Source of the DNA: Nitrospirales bacterium
Lineage (GTDB): Bacteria > Nitrospirota > Nitrospiria > Nitrospirales > UBA8639
Assembly (NCBI GenBank): GCA_965223295.1
Contig: CBDCWC010000003.1
Coordinates: 672,001 to 736,000, forward strand
Direction: 5' to 3'
Length of the DNA stretch: 64,000 nt
Every line of letters starts with the position of its first letter. The first letter of the stretch is position 1. Both the position numbers and the translations under genes were made by a program. The notes below the pieces were generated by a model. That model saw only the letters and a list, made by a program, of their open reading frames with translations, did not search any database and had not been told where the DNA came from. Positions 9,230 through 19,098 of this stretch are shown here, piece by piece.

Positions 9230-10159
9230 TCATTGTCGTTGACTTCGAAAGAACTCTACCGTCGACTTGAGGCCATCCGACAATGAAATTTGCGGTTCCC
9301 ACCCAAATTGCTCTTGCAATTTCCTGATATCTAACACACTGCGAAACTGTTCACCTTTTTTCGCAGCGCCAAATAATTCCTTACAGGAACTGTTGGTCAG
9401 GGTTTTGATAATGGCGTAACATTCATTCACCGTACTTTCCTGGCCAGTCCCAACATTATAGGCACCCTGAATGTCTTCACCTAGGGTTGTCATAATAGAT
9501 TCCACCACGTCATCTACATAAATAAAATCCCGCGTCTGCTTTCCTGTGCCATTCACAATGGGCTGACCACCGTCTAGCATGAGTTTAGAAAAAATTGCGA
9601 CAACCCCAGCCTCCCCTTCTGGTTCTTGGCGAGGGCCGTAGACATTGGCAAAACGCAGGGATACAGATCGAAGCCCCATCTCCTTCTCATAATACGCCAG
9701 GTATTTTTCTCCAGCTAACTTGCTAATCCCATACGGAGAGAGAGGGTCAGTACGATGGGATTCTGGAGCCGGGAACACCTCTTGCTCTCCATAAATTGCT
9801 CCGCCCGAAGAAGCAAACGACACTTTTCGTACACCATTTTTCACCGCGTGCTCTAAAAGATTCAACGTCCCGAGAATATTGACATCCGCGTCAAAGCTTG
9901 GATTCTCAGTTGAATACCGCACATTCATTTGTGCGGCTAAATGTACAAGGATTAGTGGGCGTTCATTTCGAAAGACACGTTCAATGCGCTCATTTCGAAT
10001 ATCCATTTTATAGAACGTCGCTCTTTTATTGACTTGCTGGCGTTTTCCTGTGGAGAGATTATCCATGACAATGACCTGATTGCCTTCTTGGACTAGTCGA
10101 TCGACCAGATGTGATCCAATAAAACCTGCCCCACCTGTGACCAAAACCTTTACCCCCAT
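9230..10159 (-). CDS. NAD-dependent epimerase/dehydratase (UDP-glucose 4-epimerase-like)
   Basis: GGAGFIGS, YGISK, NVYGP, RDFIYV. Confidence 0.92.
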   Translation of the reverse strand: MGVKVLVTGGAGFIGSHLVDRLVQEGNQVIVMDNLSTGKRQQVNKRATFYKMDIRNERIERVFRNERPLILVHLAAQMNVRYSTENPSFDADVNILGTLNLLEHAVKNGVRKVSFASSGGAIYGEQEVFPAPESHRTDPLSPYGISKLAGEKYLAYYEKEMGLRSVSLRFANVYGPRQEPEGEAGVVAIFSKLMLDGGQPIVNGTGKQTRDFIYVDDVVESIMTTLGEDIQGAYNVGTGQESTVNECYAIIKTLTNSSCKELFGAAKKGEQFRSVLDIRKLQEQFGWEPQISLSDGLKSTVEFFRSQRQ

Positions 10160-10219
10160 GAGATTCCCTTACCTTTCAGATCCCAACGGTTCATGATTCA
10201 TTCACATCTCTCAATATCT

Positions 10220-11005
10220 TCAAGATTCAGCAAGTGCCCGTTTCTTGACGCCAATGAGGATTTCCTTATTGCCCCGTTTGCCGGAGACAGACGAATCCAT
10301 CACACCGACAAGCTCCAGAGACAACGAGGCCGCATAGTTAACAAACTGCTCTTTGACCAATTTCCTCAATGTTTCATCACGAACAATCCCCCCTTTGCCA
10401 ACGTGTCCCTTCCCGACCTCAAATTGAGGTTTAATCAACGCCACCAGGTAGCCCATCGGCTTGAGCAGCGGGAGAAGCGCCGGCCATACCATCTTGAGAG
10501 AAATAAACGATACATCAATGACCACTAGATCTACAGGTTCTGGAATATCATCCGGCCGCACATACCTAATATTAACTCGATCCATCACAACAACTCGAGA
10601 ATCAGTCCGTAAACCCCAATCTAATTGACCATAGCCCACATCCACCGCATACACGCGCCGAGCGCCCCTCTGTAAGACACAGTCTGTAAATCCTCCTGTT
10701 GAAGCACCGACATCCAACACAACCAACCCCTGACACGATATATCAAACTCTTCTAAAGCCGGAGCAAGTTTTTCCCCACCTCGGCTGGCAAATTGGCGTT
10801 CAGGCTGAATAATGTTAACGTCAACTTCAGGGGGCACGGCTTTTCCAGGTTTATCACTGACCAGCCCTTCCACCCTGACCCGCCCCGCCAGAATAAGACG
10901 ACTCGCTTGGTCACGGCTTTGCACCAACCCGCGAGAGACCAAGAGAGAATCTAATCGCTGCTTTATGGTTCTTTTGAGTGGACGGGAAGATTCTAATGCC
11001 GTCAT
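10220..11005 (-). CDS. tlyA: TlyA-family rRNA 2'-O-methyltransferase
   Basis: S4 domain, SRGGEKL, DVGASTGGFTD, DVSFISL, LIKPQFE. Confidence 0.95.
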   Translation of the reverse strand: MTALESSRPLKRTIKQRLDSLLVSRGLVQSRDQASRLILAGRVRVEGLVSDKPGKAVPPEVDVNIIQPERQFASRGGEKLAPALEEFDISCQGLVVLDVGASTGGFTDCVLQRGARRVYAVDVGYGQLDWGLRTDSRVVVMDRVNIRYVRPDDIPEPVDLVVIDVSFISLKMVWPALLPLLKPMGYLVALIKPQFEVGKGHVGKGGIVRDETLRKLVKEQFVNYAASLSLELVGVMDSSVSGKRGNKEILIGVKKRALAES

Positions 11006-11047
11006 CCACTCTCCAGGAAGAAAAGAACAGAGAGATGAGAGGAAATT

Positions 11048-11293
11048 TTAGGATTCAGTAGAATGAGGTTCCTCCAGCGAAAAGGCTTGAAGACGCTTTC
11101 GTCCATCCTTATCTTGCACAAGGATTTCCACTTTTTTTTCAGCGTCATCCAACATCTTCAAACAGGTCTTCGACAATTTGACGCCTTCTTCAAATACTTT
11201 TAATGACTCATCTAAGGAAAGTTCGCCTTCTTCCAACTCGGTCACAATGGTTTCCAAGCGAGATAGAGCTTTTTCAAATTTTATTGTCGCCAT
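11048..11293 (-). CDS. xseB: Exodeoxyribonuclease VII small subunit
   Basis: FEKAL.RLE.IV..LE.GELSLDESL..FEEG. Confidence 0.95.
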   Translation of the reverse strand: MATIKFEKALSRLETIVTELEEGELSLDESLKVFEEGVKLSKTCLKMLDDAEKKVEILVQDKDGRKRLQAFSLEEPHSTES

Positions 11294-11366
11294 GATGTTC
11301 AGAGTACCGGTTTCGAAAACATTTCCAAAGTATTATAGCGCTCCTACCCCCTGAATCAAAAGCATA

Positions 11367-12725
11367 TCAAGATTTGGACGTATCTATATTCTCAACTCTG
11401 CAGACCAACTCGCCTTCGGACAATGTCGTATGAATTTTTGACCCAACCGTCGTATCCGTTGATTTTTTCAGGACTTTTCCATTGCGGAGATCTTTGACAA
11501 TACTATATCCCCTTGCCAGAACCGCCAGAGGACTTAGTTGATGCATCTGGGAGATCGCTAACGTGACTTTTTGACGTTGATGAAGAACGGTATTTTGGAC
11601 ATTCTGAACCAGTTGTCTATTTATTTCGGCTAACTTGTCTTGTTCCCGACGAATTGCCAAAAGAGGACTGGTTGCCCAAATTGCTGATTGATGCTGCACT
11701 AACAAGAGCTGAACATTTCGACACCAGTCCTTCACTTTTTGATACAACTGCCGCTCCAGGTCGTCTACCCGTTGTATGAAGCGGCTAAGAATAAGCCGTG
11801 GATCAGGTAATCGTTGATCCAACTGCTGCACCTGCACTTTTAACAGGGTCACGATAGCTTTGAAAGCACGGTCCAACCTCGAACGATGATGGACCACCTG
11901 TTCCTTCACGATCGTCCGATCAGGAACTACCAATTCTGCAGCGGCAGAGGGAGTGGGAGCTCGACAATCCGCAACGAAATCAGAAAGCGTCAGATCGGTT
12001 TCATGACCAATTGCCGATACCACCGGAATGCGAGAAGCCGCAATTGCCCGCACGACCCGTTCTTCATTGAACGCCCATAAATCTTCTAGCGATCCTCCAC
12101 CTCGTCCTACAATGATCACATCAACCACTTGCGATTGAGAACGTAATTGATTCAACACCTGAATAGCTGCGACGATTTGACCTGAAGCCGCCGCTCCCTG
12201 GACAGCCACAGGCGCTAGGAGAACCTGAGCCAATGGCCATCGACGGTGCATAATGGTTAATAGATCATGAAGTGCCGCCCCAACGAGTGAGGTCACAACC
12301 CCAATTCGTTCAGGAAAGGATGGCAGGGGCTGCTTGCGAGATTCCTGAAAAAGACCCTCAGCTCCTAACTTCGCTTTCAGTTGCCTAAATGCGAGTTCTA
12401 ATTCTCCTACCCCCTTGGGTTCCACAGCCTCCACCAGCAGTTGATAATCTCCCCGAGGCTCATAAACCGTCAGACGCCCGAGCACGAAAACTTCCAACCC
12501 ATCTTGAAGGGCAAATTTCAGTCGTTTAGCTTGGCTACGAAACAGCACGGCTCGAATCTGACTGCCTTGATCCTTTAACGTGAGATACTGATGTCCGGAA
12601 GATGGACAACGAAGGTTTGAAATTTCCCCTTCCACCCTCACCGAAGGAAATTGCTGTTCTAGATTCGACCGAATTTGTCTCGTGAGCTCCGAGACGGTTA
12701 GCAGAGGCGGGAAAAGTTCGAGCAC
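11367..12725 (-). CDS. xseA: Exodeoxyribonuclease VII large subunit
   Basis: GEISN, SGH.Y.TLKD, RGGGS.EDLW.FN, GHETD, PTPSAAAE, L.RGY. Confidence 0.97.
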   Translation of the reverse strand: MLELFPPLLTVSELTRQIRSNLEQQFPSVRVEGEISNLRCPSSGHQYLTLKDQGSQIRAVLFRSQAKRLKFALQDGLEVFVLGRLTVYEPRGDYQLLVEAVEPKGVGELELAFRQLKAKLGAEGLFQESRKQPLPSFPERIGVVTSLVGAALHDLLTIMHRRWPLAQVLLAPVAVQGAAASGQIVAAIQVLNQLRSQSQVVDVIIVGRGGGSLEDLWAFNEERVVRAIAASRIPVVSAIGHETDLTLSDFVADCRAPTPSAAAELVVPDRTIVKEQVVHHRSRLDRAFKAIVTLLKVQVQQLDQRLPDPRLILSRFIQRVDDLERQLYQKVKDWCRNVQLLLVQHQSAIWATSPLLAIRREQDKLAEINRQLVQNVQNTVLHQRQKVTLAISQMHQLSPLAVLARGYSIVKDLRNGKVLKKSTDTTVGSKIHTTLSEGELVCRVENIDTSKS

Positions 12726-12734
12726 GGAACGAAA

Positions 12735-13514
12735 CTATTCCAATAACCGGACACGGGAAATATGTGTGGTTTTTTTGGTGGCCGAGTCTATGGTCACGAT
12801 CGCACCAGACAACACAGACGGACCAGACGCCACTTCAAATCTTCGAGGAAGTTGGGTCAAAAATTTTTGAATCACTAGATTTGGCTTCATGCCGATGACG
12901 GATTGCACAGGCCCCGTCATTCCTACATCAGTCAAGTAGCCAGTGCCTTGAGGTAAAATTTGTTCATCGGCCGTCTGCACATGCGTATGCGTTCCCAAAA
13001 CGGCAGAAACTTTTCCATCCAAAAAATAACCCATTGCCATTTTTTCCGAGGTGGTTTCAGCATGCATATCCACAAGAACACAGTCGGTCTGCGTGCTTAA
13101 TTGTGACAATTCCCGCTCTGCCACACGAAAGGGACAATCAACCAGGGGCATGAAAACCCTGCCCATCAGTTGCAGAATTCCTAACCGTTCGCCATGGACC
13201 GTTTCAATCACACAAGCTCCTTTACCAGGCACACCATCGGGATAATTCGCAGGCCGAATCACACGGGATTCTTTTTGCAAATACTCCATGGCCTCCCGCT
13301 TATCCCACGCATGATTGCCTAATGTAACGGCCGACAAACCCAAATCAAAGAGTTCTTGGGCTATATCCGGCGTAATCCCAAATCCACCGGCCGAGTTTTC
13401 TCCATTCCCGACTACAAGATCAATAGCATAGTCCTCTACAACGCTCGAAAGGTGTTTTAACAATACCCGGCGACCGGGTTCGCCCATGATATCTCCAATA
13501 AACAAAATATTCAT
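12735..13514 (-). CDS. YmdB/TIGR00282-family metallophosphoesterase
   Basis: GDIMG.PGR, NGEN, GNH, HAETTSEK, GTHTHVQT; directly after rny. Confidence 0.93.
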   Translation of the reverse strand: MNILFIGDIMGEPGRRVLLKHLSSVVEDYAIDLVVGNGENSAGGFGITPDIAQELFDLGLSAVTLGNHAWDKREAMEYLQKESRVIRPANYPDGVPGKGACVIETVHGERLGILQLMGRVFMPLVDCPFRVAERELSQLSTQTDCVLVDMHAETTSEKMAMGYFLDGKVSAVLGTHTHVQTADEQILPQGTGYLTDVGMTGPVQSVIGMKPNLVIQKFLTQLPRRFEVASGPSVLSGAIVTIDSATKKTTHISRVRLLE

Positions 13515-13541
13515 ACGGCGCGTCTACCAACTCCTCAATGA

Positions 13542-15104
13542 TTATTTGGCAAATTCGATAAATCGATTTTCACGAATCACCGTAACTTTGATTTGTCCAG
13601 GATAGGTCAGTTCTTGTTCAATTTTTTTAGCTAAGTCCCGGGACAGCGCAAAACTTTCAGTCTCGCTCAACTCCCCCTGTCTGATGATTACCCGGACTTC
13701 CCGTCCTGCTTGAATCGCATAAGCCTTATCAACACCGGAATACCCCGTGGCCAAGGATTCCAATTTCTCCAACCGTTTGACATAAGCTTCCAACGTCTCC
13801 CGCCGTGCACCAGGACGAGCCGCTGAGAGCGCCTCAGCTGCCGCGACTAAAACGGACTCAGGGCAGAGCGGTTCAACTTGCTCATGATGGGCCGCAATAG
13901 CATTCACAATGAGTTCCGACTCACCCCATTTCTTCGCCATTTCTGCTCCCAACATGGCATGAGTGCCTTCTTCTTCATGACTCACCACTTTTCCAATATC
14001 ATGAAGCAAGGCCCCTCGTTTGGCGAGTTTCACATCTAATCCCAATTCGGAAGCCATGATTCCGCAAATATACGAAGCTTCACGAGCATGATATAAATTA
14101 TTTTGCCCATAGCTCGTGCGGTATTTCAGCCGACCTAATAATTTCACGATCTCGGGATGAAAATCTGAGAGGCCCACCTCAAAAATGACTTTTTCGGCCT
14201 CATCGCGCATGAGCTTATCCACATCACCTTTGACCTTTTCAACCACCTCTTCAATCCTCGTCGGATGAATCCGACCGTCCTGCATTAAGCGCTCTAAGGA
14301 AACTTTCGCGACTTCCCGTCGTAATGGATCGAACCCGGACACAATCACCGCTTCCGGCGTTTCATCAATGATCAGATCTACTCCCGTTGCCGCCTCTAAG
14401 GCTCGAATATTTCGCCCTTCTCGACCAATAATTCGTCCCTTCATGCCATCATTGGCCAAAGGCACGACTGATATCGTGGCTTCATTGACATAGTCCCGGG
14501 TAATTCGTTGAATAGAGCGGGTGACAATTTCACGGGCATCCCGATCTGCCGCCTCTTTGGCCTCATCTAAAATCCGTTTAGTGAGTAGAGACGCATCAAG
14601 TCTGGCTTCCGTCTCAATTTCACTTAATAACTGACGCTTCGCCTCCTCAGCCGTAATCCCTGCCACCTGCTCAAGCGCCAAACGATGCTCTTTAATCGCT
14701 TGCTCACAGGCAGCCGCCTGCTTCAGTAGGCCCTCTTCCTTCTCTTTAAGGGCCTGTTCTTTACGCCGAAGCTCTTCATCACGTTTATCAAACTGACTCA
14801 CCTTTCGATCAAGCGCTTCTTCCCGCTGATGAATTTTCCGGTCGGCCGCCTGGATTTCATTACGCTTTTCTTTTTCTTTTGCCTGTAGTTCTGATTTTGC
14901 CTGAAACAATAAATCCTTGGCCTCGATCTTAGCTTCCTTCACCACATTTTCCGCTTCCCGGTGAGCATTTTGGGTAAGCTGCTGAATTTGGTCTTCCGCT
15001 TCGGAACGTCGCTTGGCATCTAATTGTTGTTGAAACACTTTTGACAAGACGAAACCCATGGCTAGTCCAACGACACCCAGCAATATAGGCATTAGCATTT
15101 CCAT
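13542..15104 (-). CDS. rny: Ribonuclease Y
   Basis: N-terminal TM, coiled coil, KH (KGRIIGREGRNIR), HD (LLHDIGK), AIQAGRE; start set to ATG 15104 behind AGGAG. Confidence 0.97.
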   Translation of the reverse strand: MEMLMPILLGVVGLAMGFVLSKVFQQQLDAKRRSEAEDQIQQLTQNAHREAENVVKEAKIEAKDLLFQAKSELQAKEKEKRNEIQAADRKIHQREEALDRKVSQFDKRDEELRRKEQALKEKEEGLLKQAAACEQAIKEHRLALEQVAGITAEEAKRQLLSEIETEARLDASLLTKRILDEAKEAADRDAREIVTRSIQRITRDYVNEATISVVPLANDGMKGRIIGREGRNIRALEAATGVDLIIDETPEAVIVSGFDPLRREVAKVSLERLMQDGRIHPTRIEEVVEKVKGDVDKLMRDEAEKVIFEVGLSDFHPEIVKLLGRLKYRTSYGQNNLYHAREASYICGIMASELGLDVKLAKRGALLHDIGKVVSHEEEGTHAMLGAEMAKKWGESELIVNAIAAHHEQVEPLCPESVLVAAAEALSAARPGARRETLEAYVKRLEKLESLATGYSGVDKAYAIQAGREVRVIIRQGELSETESFALSRDLAKKIEQELTYPGQIKVTVIRENRFIEFAK

Positions 15105-15444
15105 CGTCTGACTCCTATTCGTTTCTCTTTGCACTGCCTGAGGAAAAACTCATCAAAGAAATATAAGCCCCCTTCGAGTGCATAACGTGACTATAGAGAA
15201 GAGAAAGTCAAAAACCCCTTGAGGCAGGGAAAAAGAAAAGGGAAGAATTGAAGAAACAGCTTACCTATCAACTAGGATAGATAGCAGCTTGGGGAAACGG
15301 AAGTTGGTGCGAACAGTTGAAACATCGTGTTTTTGGCTCTGCAACATTTTGCAACACATGCTCTGATTGAAGCCAGACAGACTGCTGCTCAAGGACAGGA
15401 GAAGGGCCCAATTGCCTGAAAACTGGGAGACTGCATTCAAACAG

Positions 15445-15605
15445 AAGGACCCGCCATACTCCTTGGAAAAAGCTTTAGAAGGCAACTCACAACTCGATTT
15501 CCATACATACCATTGATTGTTTCGAAGAAATTTCAAACACCGTTCTACCGTGCTTCCGACACAACCCGCGATGATAAAGAATTGTACGATCATGGCGGGA
15601 TCCCT
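15445..15605 (-). ncRNA. ssrS: Candidate 6S RNA
   Basis: Lies downstream of zapA; ends pair (GGATCCCGCCAT / ATGGCGGGTCC), with an internal bubble, G-U-rich inner stem and apical TGTTT/AAACA hairpin; boundaries approximate. Confidence 0.55.
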
Positions 15606-15830
15606 ATTTCTTTCCCTCAGAAGGGAATATTCCTTTCTTTCTTTGAAATTCAATAACTTATGAATATTAAAATATCAGAATATCGCCCCTTATTTCAATA
15701 ATACAGAATGACCAGATATGGCACATTTCTCGGCACAAATTTCATGCCTAAAGACCCAAGAACACAAGCATTTGTTTTGAAAGAAAATATTCTGTTGATA
15801 CAAGAACAGGAGTGAAACGAACCGAATAGC

Positions 15831-16124
15831 TTAACCGGAGTGGGCTTCTAAGTGTTCGTCAATGGTTTCCACTAAGAGTTGGGCCCGACGCTCAATTTCA
15901 CTTTCCCCCGATTCACCATGCCGCTGCAGTCGAAGGAGCTGATCGGTGGCATTAATAGCCGCCAGAATGGCCAGCTTGGTCGGTGTACTGGTCCGGGTTT
16001 GTTTAGCCAGTGTGCGCATTTGCGAATCTACAGATTCCGCGAGTTCATGAAAATAGGTCTCATCCCCTTCACCTTGCAAGGAGAATCGCTGACCAAAGAC
16101 TTCAACCTGGATAGTCTTTGTCAT
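15831..16124 (-). CDS. zapA: Cell division protein ZapA
   Basis: IQVEVFGQRFSL...VD..MR...KLAILAAIN pattern; zapB-zapA-rny synteny. Confidence 0.9.
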   Translation of the reverse strand: MTKTIQVEVFGQRFSLQGEGDETYFHELAESVDSQMRTLAKQTRTSTPTKLAILAAINATDQLLRLQRHGESGESEIERRAQLLVETIDEHLEAHSG

Positions 16125-16139
16125 AGTTCCATTCGGTCA

Positions 16140-16373
16140 TTAATTGTTCGAACGGTCCAAAAACTCAAGTTCGTCTAGCACCTTTTCAATTTTTGAACGA
16201 ATCGTCGTCCGCTCATCTTCCCAACCTTGAGACATATCTTGGTGCTTGGCTAATCGTTCACGAGTCGCGTCAAGTTCTTGCTCAAGGTGAGATTTATCTT
16301 CTCGTAATTCCACCACTAAATCAAGCAATTTTCGAACCCGAACTTCCAGCTTCTCCATTTTTTCGACACTCAC
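16140..16373 (-). CDS. ZapB-like coiled-coil protein
   Basis: 77-aa pure coiled coil directly upstream of zapA. Confidence 0.75.
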   Translation of the reverse strand: MSVEKMEKLEVRVRKLLDLVVELREDKSHLEQELDATRERLAKHQDMSQGWEDERTTIRSKIEKVLDELEFLDRSNN

Positions 16374-16408
16374 GGAACTCTCCTTTCTCTTAGGTCTAAA
16401 CGAGCGGG

Positions 16409-16437
16409 ACTATAGTGCGTTCAACAAAACCTGTCAA
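16409..16437 (-). promoter_or_regulatory. sigma70 promoter of zapB-zapA
   Basis: TTGACA-N17-TATAGT overlapping the slt stop region. Confidence 0.7.
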
Positions 16438-18691
16438 GAGAAATAGCGGGACAGGCTTCATCAAATATAGCTCGGTAAATTCGATAACTCCCCACCACCC
16501 GCTTAACGTATCCGCGAGTTTCCCGATACCCGATTAATTCGACAAATTCATCTGCTGGACGATGGCCATGGCTGGCTATCCACCGCCGCACCGGTTGAGG
16601 GCCAGCATTATATGCCGCCACAGCATAAATGATGTTTCCCTGGAATTCACTCAGCAGTTGGCCCAAATAATGCGACCCTAGTTGAATATTATACTTAGGT
16701 TGATAGAGCCAATCAGTTTGGTATTTTGCCTTGGTAAGATTTAATTGCTGCGCCACACGGTTGGCTGTTCTGGGCATCAGTTGCATCAGTCCAACTGCAC
16801 CAACCGGAGAAACAACCCTAGCACTATAGAGACTTTCTTCACGGATCAGTCCAGAAACTAAAAACGGGTCTACATGCTGCGGGACAAATGATTGAATTAA
16901 GGCTTGATACCCGATAGGAAATGCCCCGGACCAGGCAGGTGAGGATTGCGGGAGCTTTCCGGTTCTGAGAGTCTGCCCAAAATGGCGAATGGCCAAACGA
17001 ATGCCAATATCATAGGCTCCAATCTCCTTCGCGAAGGATATCAATTGAGGAAAGATTTCCTTGTTTGAACCCTGACGGACATACACCTGTTCAAATTCTT
17101 TCACAGCCTCTTGTGATAACCGAACAGCTTGCAGAGCTTTGAATTTTTGAAAATGGATATCCTGAGCAAGCTTGTCTGAAATTTCCATCGGCTGAGAGTC
17201 GTTGGCAACCAATACAGCTAACGATTGAGGATGCTCTTCATTGAAACCAAGGGAACCGAGTTTTGTTTGTGCCAATTGCCCATAGTAGGTCAAAGGAAAT
17301 GCTTGGCTGACAGTTTGCCAATGCTGTCTGGCCAATGCCAATTGTCCCATGTGATGGTATGAACGAGCCAACCAATACATGGCTCGTGAAGCCGCATGCA
17401 GAGTGGAAGTTGTCTTTGGGTTTTTGGTTTTATTGATGATGTCCTGAAGTATTGAGATCGCTTGAGAAAATTGCTCACGTTGATAATGGATCCATGCCAA
17501 CTTCCAGAGAGCCTTCAGTTTTTTGGAACGTTTCTGAGCAACCTGTGCTGCCTTCTGATAAGCCTCCGCTGACTCAGCCAGACGATCCTGATCGCGCAAC
17601 CAGACTCCGTAGAAGGTATATAGTTGAGCCTGTTGATCTCCTGTAAGGTGATCAGCAGGCAGCTTCTTCACCAAACTGGCAAGCTGTTTGCCTTTACCTT
17701 GTCGTAAATAGACCCGTCCTAACCAGACCCAGGCCTCTGCTTGTCGGGAAGAAGACGACTTAGCAAGCATCTGTAATGATGGTTCAGCTTGACCGTATCG
17801 TTTCAACCTCGCAAGGGCCTTGGCTAACATATAGTGCGCATGAAAATATTGCGGCGTTTGTTTGGAGACCGCCACAACCTTTCGCAATTCCTTCACCGCC
17901 TTGTTCAAGGCTCCACTCTTATACAAAGACGTGGCACGCTGATATCGTTCGCCTTGAGTTGGGACAAACCCCGAATTTTCTTCTTGGCCGAGTTTTTTCT
18001 CAGCCTGAAGACGTTCCGACGCCAATGGATATTTCCACCACAATTCTCGCAGTATCTCTCTCATTTTATCGTTCTGCCCCACCCGCTCCGCACATGTTCC
18101 GATTTGAAGTACCGCACGGGCAGCATTGGCATGTTGAGGTTCAATCTTTAAGGCTTCAGAAAAGACAGAAACAACTGCTAAACAATTTCCAAGCCTAAAG
18201 AGAATGCTTCCACCTGTATACAACACTTCAGCTCGAAGACGTGAATCGTGATACCTTTGAGCAAACTCCAACACCACCTTTCCCGCTTCTTCCCATAACT
18301 CTGCCTTCTCATAGGCTTGGAGTAGCCACAAATGGAGATAATCACTCAGAACAGGAAAATTGCTAAGTGAAGACTGTAATAACGGGATGGCCTGTGTCGC
18401 ATTCACGGTTCGAAGAGCATACCCATATCGAAGGGTTGCCCGTTTGGCCCAAGGATTTTCGGCATATGTAGTGATGATTTGTTGAAAGAGTTGGTCAGCC
18501 TTGTCGGCTTTGCCTAAAACCTTTGAGCGAAACGTTGGCTTGTCAAATTCCACGAGCAGTTCCAAAAAGCAACTTTCAGGGTTCTGACAGGGAGCCGTTG
18601 GTGGATTAAGCGAAGCCACGGTGGAGGGTAACAACACAAGGCACCCTATTATGAACACTCCACTTATGCCATACCGGAGGAGGTTGCGCAT
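16421..18691 (-). CDS. Soluble lytic transglycosylase with TPR repeats (Slt70-like)
   Basis: Signal peptide, TPR-like helices, IREES, GLMQLMP.TA, AAYNAG, ETRGYV. Confidence 0.93.
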   Translation of the reverse strand: MRNLLRYGISGVFIIGCLVLLPSTVASLNPPTAPCQNPESCFLELLVEFDKPTFRSKVLGKADKADQLFQQIITTYAENPWAKRATLRYGYALRTVNATQAIPLLQSSLSNFPVLSDYLHLWLLQAYEKAELWEEAGKVVLEFAQRYHDSRLRAEVLYTGGSILFRLGNCLAVVSVFSEALKIEPQHANAARAVLQIGTCAERVGQNDKMREILRELWWKYPLASERLQAEKKLGQEENSGFVPTQGERYQRATSLYKSGALNKAVKELRKVVAVSKQTPQYFHAHYMLAKALARLKRYGQAEPSLQMLAKSSSSRQAEAWVWLGRVYLRQGKGKQLASLVKKLPADHLTGDQQAQLYTFYGVWLRDQDRLAESAEAYQKAAQVAQKRSKKLKALWKLAWIHYQREQFSQAISILQDIINKTKNPKTTSTLHAASRAMYWLARSYHHMGQLALARQHWQTVSQAFPLTYYGQLAQTKLGSLGFNEEHPQSLAVLVANDSQPMEISDKLAQDIHFQKFKALQAVRLSQEAVKEFEQVYVRQGSNKEIFPQLISFAKEIGAYDIGIRLAIRHFGQTLRTGKLPQSSPAWSGAFPIGYQALIQSFVPQHVDPFLVSGLIREESLYSARVVSPVGAVGLMQLMPRTANRVAQQLNLTKAKYQTDWLYQPKYNIQLGSHYLGQLLSEFQGNIIYAVAAYNAGPQPVRRWIASHGHRPADEFVELIGYRETRGYVKRVVGSYRIYRAIFDEACPAISLDRFC

Positions 18692-18726
18692 GACTCAATC
18701 ACTTCTATTCATATTGTTTATCTGTT

Positions 18727-18867
18727 GGGCACCTCTAAAAACTGAAATTTTTTCTGAGAGCAAGGAAGCGGCGCGCGGAAAACCGCAGTGTATGGGCCAA
18801 TACATGAAGATTTGAGCATGCCGCTGACGCCGCCATCGGGAAAAATCTTCAGTTTTTAGAGGTGCCC
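18727..18867. mobile_element. MITE family A, copy 1 (141 bp)
   Basis: 20-bp perfect TIR GGGCACCTCTAAAAACTGAA; TGTT duplicated on both flanks; sibling at 32205-32344. Confidence 0.9.
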
Positions 18868-19098
18868 TGTTGTTATTAACTTCCATATCAATTTCTTCAT
18901 TGAAAGAACACTCACAGAAAATCTTACTTGCTCTCTGTGAAAATGCAGCACAAAAACCCTTTTTTCTGTTGAAAGGGATAAGATAAAAGAAAGGTTGAGG
19001 ACAAAATTTTTGAGAGGCTACGTGTTAGATCAGGAATTGAAAATAGAGCCTGAGTTGCAGATTCAAGGTGCGCTCTCAGAAATGCTTCGCGGCACATT

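Noticed and set aside
15261-15653. 130-aa ORF between zapA and rny
   Set aside because: No motif, odd composition, non-ATG start, and it overlaps the 6S-like fold
18695-18886. Similar short ORFs at 18695-18886 and 32188-32391 looking like a peptide family
   Set aside because: Their similarity is just translation of MITE family A
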